A stretch of 64,000 nucleotides of DNA from Octopus bimaculoides. Lineage: Eukaryota. The notes under the pieces are model-generated. The model worked only from the letters and a program-made list of their open reading frames with translations, was not told where the DNA came from and searched no databases. A program made the translations under genes and the position numbers. The stretch's first letter is position 1. Each line of letters opens with the position of its first letter. The stretch spans positions 100,335,415-100,399,414 of the forward strand of contig NC_068987.1 of the NCBI RefSeq assembly GCF_001194135.2. The letters are read 5' to 3'. This document shows positions 26,104 through 39,172 of the stretch, one piece after another.

Positions 26104-26265
26104 TATCGAAAAAAACCTAGGATAGAGAACGCAGGTTCGAAATTTTCTCAAGACACCAGATGAAGGCTGAAGGGTGTATCAGTCGAGATGTTGTGTTAAC
26201 AACAAACAAGACGATGACAAATTCCGTGAAATGTAACAAATGGTTTATTTTTCTTTCAAATGTTT
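26005..26265 (+). ncRNA. PLE terminal module: tRNA-like head, (TAA)n and a decayed minimal type I hammerhead ribozyme
   Basis: A-box TGGCATAGTGG at 26012-26022 and B-box-like ATTCGATTC at 26049-26057; (TAA)n at 26073-26100. Hammerhead-like core CAGATGA (26157-26163), 6-bp stem II GGCTGA/TCAGTC, GAGA in place of GAAA, and stem I GACAC/GTGTT. Confidence 0.6.
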
Positions 26266-26344
26266 CCCTTTGTTTTTCCATCGCTCTTCACAAATGTTGA
26301 TATCTATTTATACACACACACACACTCACACTCACATACACATA

Positions 26345-26590
26345 TAGTGTGTGGAGTCATAAATAATTTCGATCTTGTTAAACTACATTACTCATGAATA
26401 AACTTTATAAAGAATTATTTTCAGTTATCAACACAGTGGCCATTATTTTGAATGAACTCTGTCATTCATCAGGAAGTTTTTTAGTCCTCCCGTGTAAAAC
26501 TCAGGTGACTTCGACATGAAGAATCTTTGCAAATACGTTTCTTCCTCATCTTGTTGAGAAAGTGTTTTCGCCACCAGAGCATTGTGTATC
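26345..26590 (-). mobile_element. Mariner transposase C-terminus and right end
   Basis: The minus strand reads YLQRFFMSKSPEFYTGG, KLPDE*Q and FIQNNGHC..*, followed by a TIR-like aattatttatgactccacac. Confidence 0.65.
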
Positions 26591-29116
26591 TACCACAATA
26601 AAGTGATATTATTCTGTTACTCCTGATATTGTTAATGACGGCTAAAATCAATTTAGTCACTCTTTAACGATACCAACCAAGCGTTAGCCATTTTCCAATT
26701 GTATTCCTTTAAAGATTTTCAAATTTGTGAGAAACTTTGCTTGAAACATTTTATTAAAAATATTGAATTATTGCGTATATTTTTCTTACTCTATCTCGGC
26801 AAGTAAGCACACATGTAAGCATTAGTTTAATGATATCTGTATGAAAATATTGCTGTGTCTATTTGCGTACTTATACACATGGATACAAAACAGCATTATT
26901 TCAAGCATGACACCATAAGGAAGTGGATATACACAATCTGTATTAATTGTATTTCGCTTTACCATAGAAACAAGTCCAGAAACCTGTGAGTTTGGGAAAA
27001 TCTGGTTCTTTGCAATATTTGCCACAGAATTTTCCTTTTAAATACCAATTTACAAGCTCATTTTCATTGTCTTCATTATATTTCATTTCTAAGTTCATTT
27101 GAAAAGTAGTATTTGTTACATGGTGGCTGCAGTCTATAAGCTAATGACATACCTTGCCCATAGTTAAGCAGCATAATCCAATAGTGAAATAATCTTTAAT
27201 TCCCAAGACTTAAACAGTACCCACCCCCAACGTAAGCCATTGTATAACTGCCTCAATTCATTGCAATCAGAAATAAAATATATATTCACAGAATATTTTG
27301 CACAGGTGAAAGTACGTAGCGTTAACTAAAATCTAGCTACATCACATTAAATATTTGTGAAATATTATTCACAACATTTCACGTTTTATCACGTTTTATC
27401 ACGTTTTATACATAAATGCATATCTAGATACTTCAATACTCGTCACTTTTTGTACCCTGTATATGATTATTCCTTACCTTCTCATGTATAATGCAGAAAA
27501 AATGGCATGAGAGTTTGTGCACACACACAGACACACACACGCACACACATAAACACATACATATATATATGTGCTTGTATATATGTTTACATATATTCAT
27601 ATATGTGTGTGTGCATATATGTTTCCCACACACTCACACACACACGCACACACCCACACACATACACACACATACATATATGAACATGAATCTATGTGCT
27701 ATCAGTATAAATACGCATCCGTATGAACTTTATGTAAAGGAATGTTTTCCCCCATATTGTATGAGTATCTAGACTTGTATACATGCAACCATGAACATAT
27801 GTGTGTACGCGAACTTGCTAATGTAAAATAAGACTATTTGAATGTTTAATGAGATATTAACATGATGGCTTTCGTTCATGCATACTCTTATATATGATAT
27901 ATATATACGTGAGTAGTCGTGTTTCGGAGCGTGTATGTGTGTTTGTTAACTTGTGTGAACATGTGAATAGTTATATAAGTGTGTTAGTGGCGATGTATTT
28001 TTCGTGCAATGCATTACCATATAATATCTATTGAGAAAGCTGAGATTTCTACCATGTACATTAGCCACGATTTCCGCACATATCAATCAGATTGCTACAG
28101 ATATATCGCCCATTTGCCAAAAACGTTTCCAGATAAGCATTGAAGATTGAACATCCGTAAAATGTTTTTGAAGTATATATTATATTAATAACACATCCAC
28201 AAACACACGCACACACATACACACATATACATATAGATATCCATATTTATATATACATACAAATATATAAATATATATATTCATTTATATTAATTATATA
28301 TATCCATATATTACATACACTTACACACACACATATATACAAGAGTGTGGGTGAATGACACAATATTACAGTATAAATATGCGCATATCAGGAGTTTCCA
28401 CATGTTTCAGTGTGTGTATGTATATGTATACATTCATACCTACATAGAGACAGATTTACATACATACACACACACATATATATATACATATATATGTGTG
28501 TGTGTGTATATAAAAAACATACATACAAATATATATACATAAATGTGTATAAGTACAGCATACATAGACATTTTGATCTAAATTAGAATATATATCCTTC
28601 GATCCAATTTTCTAATTTGTGCGTATATAAACGTTTATTCGTATCTGCGCTTTGCATTATATATACATATGTTTACGCACGTATACATACGCATATACAC
28701 ATTTCATTCCTCTAAAATAATATTCTCATAAAATGGAAGGATAATTTCACTTGGATATGGTGCATTATCTCAGTTGGAATCGGTTTTACTTGATAATTCA
28801 CATATCACATCGTAATATGTACAAATCACATAAAATACATTAAAAAAAAAAAAGAGAAAGAGCGTTGCTGCAGTTCCGAGATTCGCAAATTTTGGTAAAT
28901 AACACATAATTTTTGTAACTGACTACTGCAGAAATTTTGAAAGATTGACGCTTGAAATCGCTTCATAATTCAATTAAAGTTCCATGTTATAACATCTTGA
29001 TTGGACCCCTCTCTGGTAGCGTCAGGACCATAGTTTCCGTTTTATTGTAAGATATATTAGATTTCTATCTCCTTACCCCCTCCCTTTTCTTATGCTATCT
29101 GTCTCTCAATTACACA

Positions 29117-29225
<109 letters not shown>

Positions 29226-30203
29226 GTACATATGTATACAAATATATGTATATATATATGCATGTATATATATATTATATATTTATATACGTATACGTCT
29301 GTATGTATATATATTTGTGCATGCATGTATGTATATGACTGCTTTCTTTCATAATAGCTATGTGCATGGAACTTCACGTAGAAAATGGCAGTCGTTCTAT
29401 ACATGCGTCAATTCTTATTACAATACATATTTAATTCTCTGGGAATGGCTATAAGTCAACATTTCCTAAAATGGTTTGATAAATCCACCGAATATATTGT
29501 GCGCAGCACATGAAGCTAACGAAACTGCACATAAATTTATTACTGTCATGTTTGTATGAATATTAATACTATTGAGATATGTACGTATATTTCAGGGATT
29601 CGGTGAGGGAGAAAGCAAGTCGTCCCTTGAGTATTGTTAAAAACTACAATCCAATTTCTTCCGATTTTCACCCTAATCGCTTAAAGTATTTCAACGTATT
29701 TTATGCACATTCGCAGTGATGAAATAACATTTTAAAACATTTTGTTCGATTGGGAAAATTTGTCACCAATCGCCTACCTTGTGCTGTTCATTTACTCCAG
29801 GCGGGATTAGGCTCTTGTAGGACTAGCACAATATCTATGAATATATTCCAAATTCTTAAGTGAGAAATATATCTATACAGCTTCAGAAAATGTTTCTAAA
29901 ATACTAGAGAACCGGTAGTCTGCTTTTGAAGTCGTATGCGATTTGACAATATCTATCAATTAATGTTGTCAAATATTTGTGCTGAAATTATGCAAGCCGA
30001 ATTTGATGAATATCTGCATCTGCATGCGCACACATAAACACATTTTCGCATATAAATATTTATACATATGATCAAGTAAAATAATATATATAAAAGAGGG
30101 GAGGACCGAAATCCTTGAAGGTGATGTCAAACCTTCAGGTCCACCGATGCAATCCAAGTAAAGAATATATATAGAAATATATATTCGGTATTTGCAAAGA
30201 CAG

Positions 30204-30598
30204 TAAATGAAGTATAACGAAATGGAAAATTATAAGTGTAGATGGACTTTAATTCATAATCCAAGTTGCTACTGAACCAATATACATTCTAGATATTTTT
30301 TCGGAGTCTAATTAATTCCAAAGACAAAAACGAAAAACTATTCATGAACATATTTTGTTCGTTCCCGTCCGCTCTATGAAAGGTCTTTCTATATTTTTCT
30401 TGGTTGGAATTATTCATAGCAGTATATAGTTCCTGATAAGGAATCTAATTTTTATTTCACGGAGAGTTTTCGTTTTGCCTTTGGAATTAATTAGACTCCG
30501 AAACAATTTGTAAAATGTATATTGGTTCTGTACCAACTTGGATTATGAATTACAGTTCGTCTACACTTACAATTTTCCTTTCCTTATACTTCATTTTA
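30204..30598. mobile_element. Foldback/MITE-like element with about 135-bp inverted arms
   Basis: 30204-30339 matches the reverse complement of 30465-30598. A perfect 23-mer (tcggagtctaattaattccaaag) lies at 30301-30323 and 30479-30501. Confidence 0.75.
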
Positions 30599-30621
30599 TA
30601 TTTTTATTCTCTATTTCTTTC

Positions 30622-31024
30622 TTTCTTTTACTTATTTCAGTCATTTGACTGCGGTCATGCTAGAGCACAACCTTTAGTCGAGCAAATCGACGCCAGAACT
30701 TATTCTTTATAAGCCTAGCACTTATTATATCGGTCTATTTTGCCGTACCGCTAAGTTACGGGAACGTAAACACACCACCATCTGTTGTCAAGTGATGTTG
30801 GGGGGTGGGGTTGGCAGACACACAAACATATATACACACACACATATATATATACATATATACGACGTGCTTCTTTCAGTTTCCGTCTACCAAATCCACT
30901 CACAAGGTTTTGATCGGCCCGAGGCTATAGTAGAATAAACTTGCCTAAGGTGCCACGCAGTGAAACTGAACCCGGAACCATGTGGTTGGTAAGCAAGCTA
31001 CTTACCACACAGCCATTCCTGCGC
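30622..31024 (-). mobile_element. tRNA-derived SINE, family A, full length
   Basis: Reverse complement of the 42047-42458 copy: head gcgcagga.tggctgtgtggtaagtagcttgcttaccaaccacatggttccgggttcagt, an internal microsatellite, and tail cagtcaaatgactgaaa. Confidence 0.92.
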
Positions 31025-31094
31025 TTTATATATGTATGTGTGTGTGCGCGCGTGCGTGCGTGCGTGTGTGTCATGTTATAATTATAAACAGGGC

Positions 31095-31152
<58 letters not shown>

Positions 31153-33232
31153 CACGTTTACATAAAACAAAAGACGAAGGGAGGTGTAGGAAAAACAATC
31201 AGGTGTATTAGTGTAACGCCCGGGAAAAATGGAAGTCTTTTACGTTTCGAGCCTACGCTCTTCCAAAGAAAGGTTTAAGAGTAAACTATGGAGAGAAATC
31301 CAAAAAAAAAAAATTATAATAATAAACGGAGAGAGAAAAACTCTGTAGAGTTCAGCAGGTATGTATGCATGTATTCGTACTTATACATACACACACGCCG
31401 ACAAACACACTTTCATCGCTGGATTGCGTGTTCGTTTCTCTTTTTGCCATCTGTGATTTTATTTTTGATCTTCTATATAAATGATGGTATTTCCTCCGTA
31501 TGGCTGCTTTTCTCTCTACAAAACAGAAAGTTACATTGCGGAACAGTTATTTTAAAAAGAGATACATCTTCATCACCGGATACTCCTGAACCAGTTTTTG
31601 AGTGTCCCACCCAAGAGGAATCGATGCTAGATGTGTCGAAACAATTGTAGTGATCAAGAATAAATTCTCGTATATTCCGTCTTCTGTCTTTCATATATAT
31701 ATACAGAGAGGGAGAGAGAGAGAGAGAGAGAGAGCAAGCGATAGATAGAGAGAAATAGAGAGAGAAATGTCTTAAGATATATATCAATATATATACATAT
31801 GTGCGTGTGTGTGTGTGTGCATGTGAATATATATACAGGCACACTCCGAGGCATATTTTATGGAGAAATTTGATTCAACTATTAGCATGCCCTTAGAGAT
31901 CAATTTCGGTGTCAGTTTGTTGTCAAAAGAATGCAAGTGTAACCAAAGGAAATATTCGTCTTAGCTTGACTTATATTGCAAATAGTAATCGAGGTAAATG
32001 ATAAGAAGCAAAGTTATTAAACGAAAATCCGATGAATGAGATTTCATTTGGCTAAATATAACGCAATTAAAATATTTAGACATTTGTCATACCAAATCAA
32101 TACATAGATAAATTCTTGTTATTAAGCAGCACTTTATAGTTTCGTTTATATAGTAGTGAATTTTAGTATTGGGAATATATTCGTCTTTTCCCATTGACAC
32201 AAGGTGACAAATATGTTGTAATATTACATTAAATTGATATTAGTGTCACTTGCTTCATCGATTTCGGAAAGATGAAAAGAATGACCTCCCGAAAGTCATT
32301 CGTTAGAAGACTATTTATTTATTTATTTATGGGTTTCAGCCAAGTGCCTGTGGTCATGCTGGAGCACAGTGAAAACTTGAAGACTTCTAATACAGATTGA
32401 TATATACGCTCTTCTATGTTACACGTTTCCTTCATTGTACAAAAATATAACTAGAACGAAATCCGAGAGTATGGTAGAGATAACACACTAATTTACAAGC
32501 AGTACATCCACGAACGTATCGTCTAGATGTTGCTGAGTGTTAGCGTTGTCTGAGTCCTAACATTTAACGTTGAGCTTTTACTTGGCAGTGATAATATTAT
32601 TACATCAAATCCCGTAAAATTGTAATACTGGCGAAATATTCAGTGACATAAAGCACTTTCACAATGTAACTCAATGAAATGCAAACTTATGATAGATTGC
32701 TTTTCGTAGCAGGTGGAAATTTTGACACATTATACCTATGGAGAGATAACTCGCAGATAAACTCCAATTACGTACCACATCGTAATGAAGATAAGGAATC
32801 ACTGTTTTCTCTAAAATTACGCCCGATTTATGTAAACGCCTGCAGGATGTATGATACTTAAAATTATGTTTCTTCTAACTCAGTGTTAAGAGAAACATCG
32901 ATAAATCCATGAGAGAGACGGGGGCGACAGAGAGAAAGAGAGACAGGCAGACAGAATCACTTTAGTTTGATAAGAATAACGTTGCTGACAGTAAAAGGTA
33001 AATTGTTAGTTCAAACTGTTTGTTCATTTCTGACATAAACTTTAATAATATAAAATGAGTTAGATACAGAATCTGTGGAAGAAATAGAAACATGTTAACT
33101 TTACCACTATCATAATTTTCGGAAAAAATAGATGTTATTTTAAGTTTATTTAAATGGGTGAATTATTGAAATTTTGATTGATTTTTCTCAGCGAAGATTT
33201 AATACAGAATCTGTTTAAATTGTTGACAGAAA

Positions 33233-33458
33233 TACTCTTTTACTTGTTTCTCTCATTTGACTGCGGCCATGCTGGAGCACCGCCTTTATTCGAGCAAATC
33301 AACCCCAGGACTTATTCTTTGTAAGCCTAGTACTTATTCTATCGGTTCTTTTGTCGAACCGCAAAGTTACGGGGACGTAAACACACCAGCAACGGTTGTC
33401 AAGCGATGTTGGGGGGACAAACATAGACACACACGCACGCACACATACACACACCCAC

Positions 33459-33531
<73 letters not shown>

Positions 33532-33695
33532 TACGACGGTCTGCTTTCAGTTTCCGTCTACCAAATCCACTCACAAGGCTTTGGGCGGCCCGAGCTATAG
33601 TAGAAGACATTTGCCGAAGGTGCCACGCAGTGGGACTGAACCCTGTACCATGTGGTTGATAAACACGCTACTTACCACACAGCCACTCCTGCGCC
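33233..33695 (-). mobile_element. Family A SINE, full length, with expanded internal (TA)n
   Basis: Same head and tail as the other copies; internal (TA)n at about 33443-33530. Confidence 0.92.
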
Positions 33696-34659
33696 TATGG
33701 GCATAATTTTAAAATATCATTTAATATTTTGCATAAATCGGTGTACTCGGTGTAGAATATTTACAATGTTTTAGGTGCCAAATTTTGGAACAAGCTTCCT
33801 ATACATGTCACTCTGTTCTTCTTTATGATCAGTCTTTCTGGTTGTGCCGATGTACATTCTTTGTTCTGTAAATATTTTCTAGCTTATGTCTCAGGAGCAG
33901 CAACATCGAATTCAGAAGATACAATCGAAACCTGTTTTATCTATCGATATAAAAGTGGGTCTGATAGAAAATTACAATCCTTTTAGCGTGGCTGGTTTGT
34001 CAGTGCCACAGAGCAGAAAAAGAAATCGAAGAAATCTTCGTTGCATTTCTAAACAGCATTACGGGAACTCAGTCTAACTTTCGTGATAAGAGGAGACGAC
34101 TTAATTAAATTTTAAAAAAAAATTGTCGAATAAAGAACATGTTGAATTACTTTTGCCACAGAATCTGTGCTTGGTCTCTGTAATCACATATTCCGGAGGT
34201 TTACATTTGTCTTGTTTTGTACTAGAATAGGTCTTGAAGTCATTCCTTCAGCATTTTGTTGGTCTATAGCTAGATCGTCATAAACAAATCAAACCAATTC
34301 TTCCTTGGAATTCACTGTTAGATAGAATGGATTAACTTCTCTATTCCTGTCGACATGAAACTGTGTACTCCATTTTTCGTGTGTAGGAATCTTTTTGGTT
34401 TATGCCATTACCTCAAGAGTGTGTGCTTTATAAAGATGATATATTTCGGAGTATGAAAGCCAATAATCTCTTCCACCTGTAGATTTCTTCTCATTTAAAA
34501 CAGGGTTGGAAAAAATCATATGGTTAGCTGCTGTCAACAGTCCATGCATACGCTGTAGTTATAGGAAATGATCAAGCTTATTACCTGCTTTTAGCATTTT
34601 GTAATTTGAAAAGATTTTCTGTCCAATCAGAAATACATTGCCTTAGATTTTATCAGTCA

Positions 34660-36700
34660 GTATTGCAATTTCAAATTGATCCCTTGTGTACTTTCACTTC
34701 CTTTAGCTAATGGCCATGCAACTGATACGCCGTCTCAACATGGCTTTTAATTGCCTTTACACTGGCTTTACCACCATATTCTGAAGTCCAATTTCTAGCT
34801 GAGTTTCAGCAAGTTTGTGGTGGTTTCTACTTTCTTGCAGCTGAATTGTTTTATCTGTTGAATACTTTGACGATACATGCCATGTACATTGAGTATTTTT
34901 CTCACTTTGGAAATATTTGTGCATTTTTTCTATTATTTTTACAAAACACTTTTATAGTCCTTCTGCTTATATTATGTAATATTTTTCTACTTGCCTACGG
35001 CCTCTACCTCACAGTATCTCTGGTATATCTTATGTATTGATTTCAGATTTTGAGTAGTGTACATTAAATACGGAGATTATTTTTGTATTGTGTTTATTTT
35101 TATAAAACGGCGTCAAGTGGGGAAAGATTATAACAAGGAATTGTTACAGGAACAACTAGATTGTGGATATTGTTACCATTTTTTTTAGCTGCGTTAAATA
35201 TTAATCGTATGCTATTAAATTATCATTCCCCAATACTTTTTCATTTGTAGCTATTGTAACATATTTAGTTCATTGTTTCTTAAATATCTATTTTTTGTAT
35301 TTACCTTATTTCTTTATTTTTCTCCTGTATATTAGATGTCTTAATTTTCTTCTTTCAATATGCGCGTAGACGAACTTATCAAATTAGAATATGAACATTT
35401 TTTCCTGGTAAAAACTTGCACAACAGTATTATTAGATGTTTACCATGGGCAAAGAGCAACATAAGATCATTCGAAGGACAAGGAATTTTCTTCCTTAGCA
35501 TTCGCAGCCATGTCCCAAGAAGTTTCTTCTTGGAATATAGATGTTCATATCAGGCGGTGAGCTGGCAGAAACGTTAGCACGCCGGACGAAATGCTTAGCG
35601 GCAGTTCGTCTGTCTTTAAGTTCTGAGTTCAAATTCCGCCGGGGTCGACTTTGATTTTCATTCTTTCGGGAGTCGATAAATTAAATACTATTTGTGCACA
35701 TGGGTCGATCTAATCGACTGGCCCCTCTCCAAAAGTTTCGGGCCTTCTGCCTAGAGTAGAAAATACTATAGATGTTCATATATTCTATGCCCTCTTGTTT
35801 TCAGATGAGGCAGAAATTATTTCTCTATTTACTCGTGATATGTTAAATTTGTTTGTTCATTATTGTGACTATATTATGCATTGCTAATATCGTATGGAAT
35901 ACTGTAAAAATCATTCTGGATATCAATGCATGCCATAGTTTGCTACTTTCCAACTCCTACAGGTCTTATTTTTATACCCTCATCATCCATTCCTGATAAA
36001 CATTTTTTTCTGAAAACAAATTATATTTATTTATCCTCTGTGATATAATTTCAATTAACGCTTTGGAAGATATATTATAAAAATATAGAGTCTACGATTT
36101 CCTATTCTGCAATTCTTCTATGGCTTTTTTTTTTCTTTTGTGAGAGATAGGTGTTGTCTCCTATGGCATCAGTATTTTATGAAGGACCTCAACTAAAACG
36201 CTACGTATTCCTGTTCAATATTCTATCCAGAAATCTAATAATTTCTAATAATGCATTGCAGTCGCTTGTTTTAAGAAGCGTATAGAATAATTTCTGTGTT
36301 GTTATGGCTTTCGGCAATGTTTCATGTGCTATGTTTCAACAACCTCTTCTGAGGTGATTACATCTCTGCCTATACACCACCCCAGAAAGTGTTGTCTTGC
36401 TTTTGTTACTGCAATGGTTTCTATCGCATTTTTATCTAGTTTTTGATAAAACCATTTTGGATTGCTGTTGGAATGTTAGTTTTGCTCAAAGAAGCTTTGT
36501 GTTTTTTATTCACATGGATTCTTTTCGAGTAACTAGAATGTTTGTTTGCAAAGTTCCTTCATACTGGTAATATATTTTTTTTTTACTTCAGTGATGTTGT
36601 TCCGTTACTGATTTCATTAAGTCTTCAGAATTATTTTCTATTATTTCCTTTTGTGGTTTTTTTTAATGATAGCGTTTCATTTGGTTTATTCGGTTGTTGG
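34660..36700 (-). mobile_element. Old R4/Dong-like RT remnant, interrupted by a SINE
   Basis: Minus-strand degenerate motifs are in the correct order: LDFWIE; MACIDIQNDFYSIPY (35891-35936, like MAWIDYxKAFDSVPH); KYWG (about 35230); IHNLVVPV; HYSKSEINT*DIP..GRG (about 35000-35060); LHGH. Confidence 0.6.
35551..35766 (+). mobile_element. Family B SINE with a 15-bp target-site duplication
   Basis: Head ggcggtgagctggcagaaacgttagc and B-box gagttcaaattc. Flanked by TATAGATGTTCATAT at 35536-35550 and 35767-35781. Confidence 0.92.
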
Positions 36701-37599
36701 TTTTCCAACATGAATAAATGTGAAGGAGCACTCACTTCTCTTTGTAATTACAATGTCTGTTGCATGCGTTATTTCGTTTAACCTGTTGTTGCAGATGATA
36801 ATGTATGTTTTCATCAAGTGTGTGACAACCAAGTTTCCTTTTTGTTATTGTTGTTATTGTATTGTGAAGTTTTATTGCCGGGAAGTAATTTCTTTGATTC
36901 AGTGGCAGTGTAGTGGTCTATCTTTCTTTACTTCTCTATTTATATTGTCATATTTAAGAAGTCTGTAATTCAAATTTTCCATTCCATTGTATGTGTCTTA
37001 CATCCTATTGTTTATATTTTGGGTTATAATGTTCTGGTTCAGCATTCGTTGATCAGTACATTGTACAGCGCCTAGCATTTAGTTTTGCTGTTTTATAATT
37101 GATATTGTTATTTACATTGATGTGTATGTGCTGGTAATACCTGCGTGATTTACATTTACACTGTGGCTAGGAGGTAATAATTTGAACTTACAAATTATAG
37201 TCACCCTCCAAAACAATATGGCCGTTGCGTTGCTGCGTTTTTTTGGAGTGTACACAAGAAAAGACAAAAGCAATGAGATAGGCAGTGCAAGGAGGAGAGT
37301 GGTTGCGATATGATGACGAAAGAATTTCGGCTTCGAAGGATTAGCATGAGCAATAGATAGGGGCGAATAACGGCAGAATCAGTAATAATAAGAGCAGATC
37401 CTATATCTTATTTTCTTCCAATACCGCAAATATCCTGATCAACGTGCAGGTCCGAAGAGGATCGAAAAATTCGCCACATTTTCTGCACCGTTTTATCGAA
37501 GATTAAGTGTAAACACTTTCGTTACCACCAGTACTTTCACAGCATCGCATTACGACATTGGTGAGGATATTGTCAGTAAAGAGAAGCAGCAAAACTTTT

Positions 37600-38200
37600 A
37601 CCACAATGCAAAGATTAGATAAAGAGAAATACATTGTGTACAGTGAAACTTAAGATAAAACGCAATCGGACAAAGTAAAGAGACATCCGCTGCACAACAG
37701 AAAAATGAAGCCCGGAAGGTCCATCACCGCTTCTGAGGGCATCAACTTTATAAAAAGGAGATCACTCACAGAGGGTTAGTTGGAACTTCTAAAAGAATAG
37801 TTTGAGATATAAAGATTATTAATTTGCCAAATGAATCTTACAGATCGCCAATTACAAAAGTTTATAGGATTTCCGTATAAAAACTGATCATATAATATAG
37901 GAAAGAAGATCAGATATTATGGCATAAATGACTAAAATGATAAAATATATTACACTGGGTTTCAAAGAAAGTGAGATTAATATTAGTAACAAGCCACGGA
38001 CAGGATAACATTGTGAAACGCAAAGGTAATAATTTCTCTTGAAGAAATTGGTTCACTCGAAAAAATACCTAATATTCCATCCCAAAATCTGAATTTGAGA
38101 TAAGTAGTATCGGCCTACATACGAATGACATCATATACGCTGCAAGAATCCTGGATAGTTTCATGAAATTTGAGATATCATTGCTAATATACTTAGCATG
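37600..38200 (+). mobile_element. Possible highly decayed R4/Dong RT upstream of the 38321 fragment
   Basis: Only weak motif echoes: SYRSPIT..KLI, WFTRKNT*YSIP and ISSIGLHTNDIIYAA. Confidence 0.3.
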
Positions 38201-38227
38201 GACTATTTTTTTAATAATAATAATTAC

Positions 38228-38250
38228 TAGTAGTAGTAGTAGTAGTAGTG

Positions 38251-38300
<50 letters not shown>

Positions 38301-38312
38301 TGTAGTAGTAGT
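38228..38312. repeat. (TAG)n microsatellite
   Basis: Direct reading. Confidence 0.95.
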
Positions 38313-38320
38313 AATAGAGA

Positions 38321-39075
38321 AAAAAATATGGCTGTGGATAACTAAATGTCATTTAAAACCGGAAAAGGAGGATCTAATCTGTGCTACCCAACAGCAGGCA
38401 CTAAGAACACACTACATAAAATACAGAATAGACAACACAGCAGAAAGTGATAAGTGCAGAATCTGTGGACAAAACGGTGAAACCGTATGGCATATTACCA
38501 GCTAATGTACGCCACTAACCCAGAAGGAATATAAGAGACGCCACGACAATATATCCAGGCTTGTCCATTGGACACTTTGCAGCAAGTATGGACTTGACAG
38601 AGAAAAAATTCGTACAACCATAAACCTGAAGGCATCGTCGAAAATAGAAATGCGAAGATCCTATGGGATTTTACGATTCAGTGAAAGCATGGGATAAAGA
38701 ATAGGAAGCCGAACATAGTCTTAATTCATAATGAAAACAATTTTGCTGGACCATAGACATAGCATGCCCAGCTGACAACAAGGTATGCTATAAAGAAAAA
38801 AGAAAAGTCGAGAGATAAGACAGGTTAGCTTAGGAAGTTAAGCAGTTGTAATCGATAAAAAAAGGTAGCACTAGTACCAATAATTGTCGGAGCCCTGGGA
38901 ACAGTGTCAATAATCTCAAAAAGTACGTGGAACAAATAAGATCTGCAATAAGGGTGGAGCAGCACTTCCACAAAACAGCACTGCTTGGAACCACTCGAAT
39001 ACTACGGAAGGTGCTCGAAAATAAGAGGGGACAGTGTAGTACATCTTCGGCGTCAGAAGCTGTGCAAAGGCAATA
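38321..39075 (+). mobile_element. R4/Dong-like 3' fragment, family A, ending at (TAA)n
   Basis: LKPEKEDLICATQQQALRTHY..CRICGQNGETVWHITS*C..QKEYKRRHDN; KILWDF; RKPNIV; IDIACPADNKV; VPIIVGALGTV; KTALLGTTRILRKVLE. (TAA)n follows at 39098-39170. Confidence 0.92.
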
Positions 39076-39095
39076 ATATTCATAATAATATTAAT

Positions 39096-39170
<75 letters not shown>

Positions 39171-39172
<2 letters not shown>

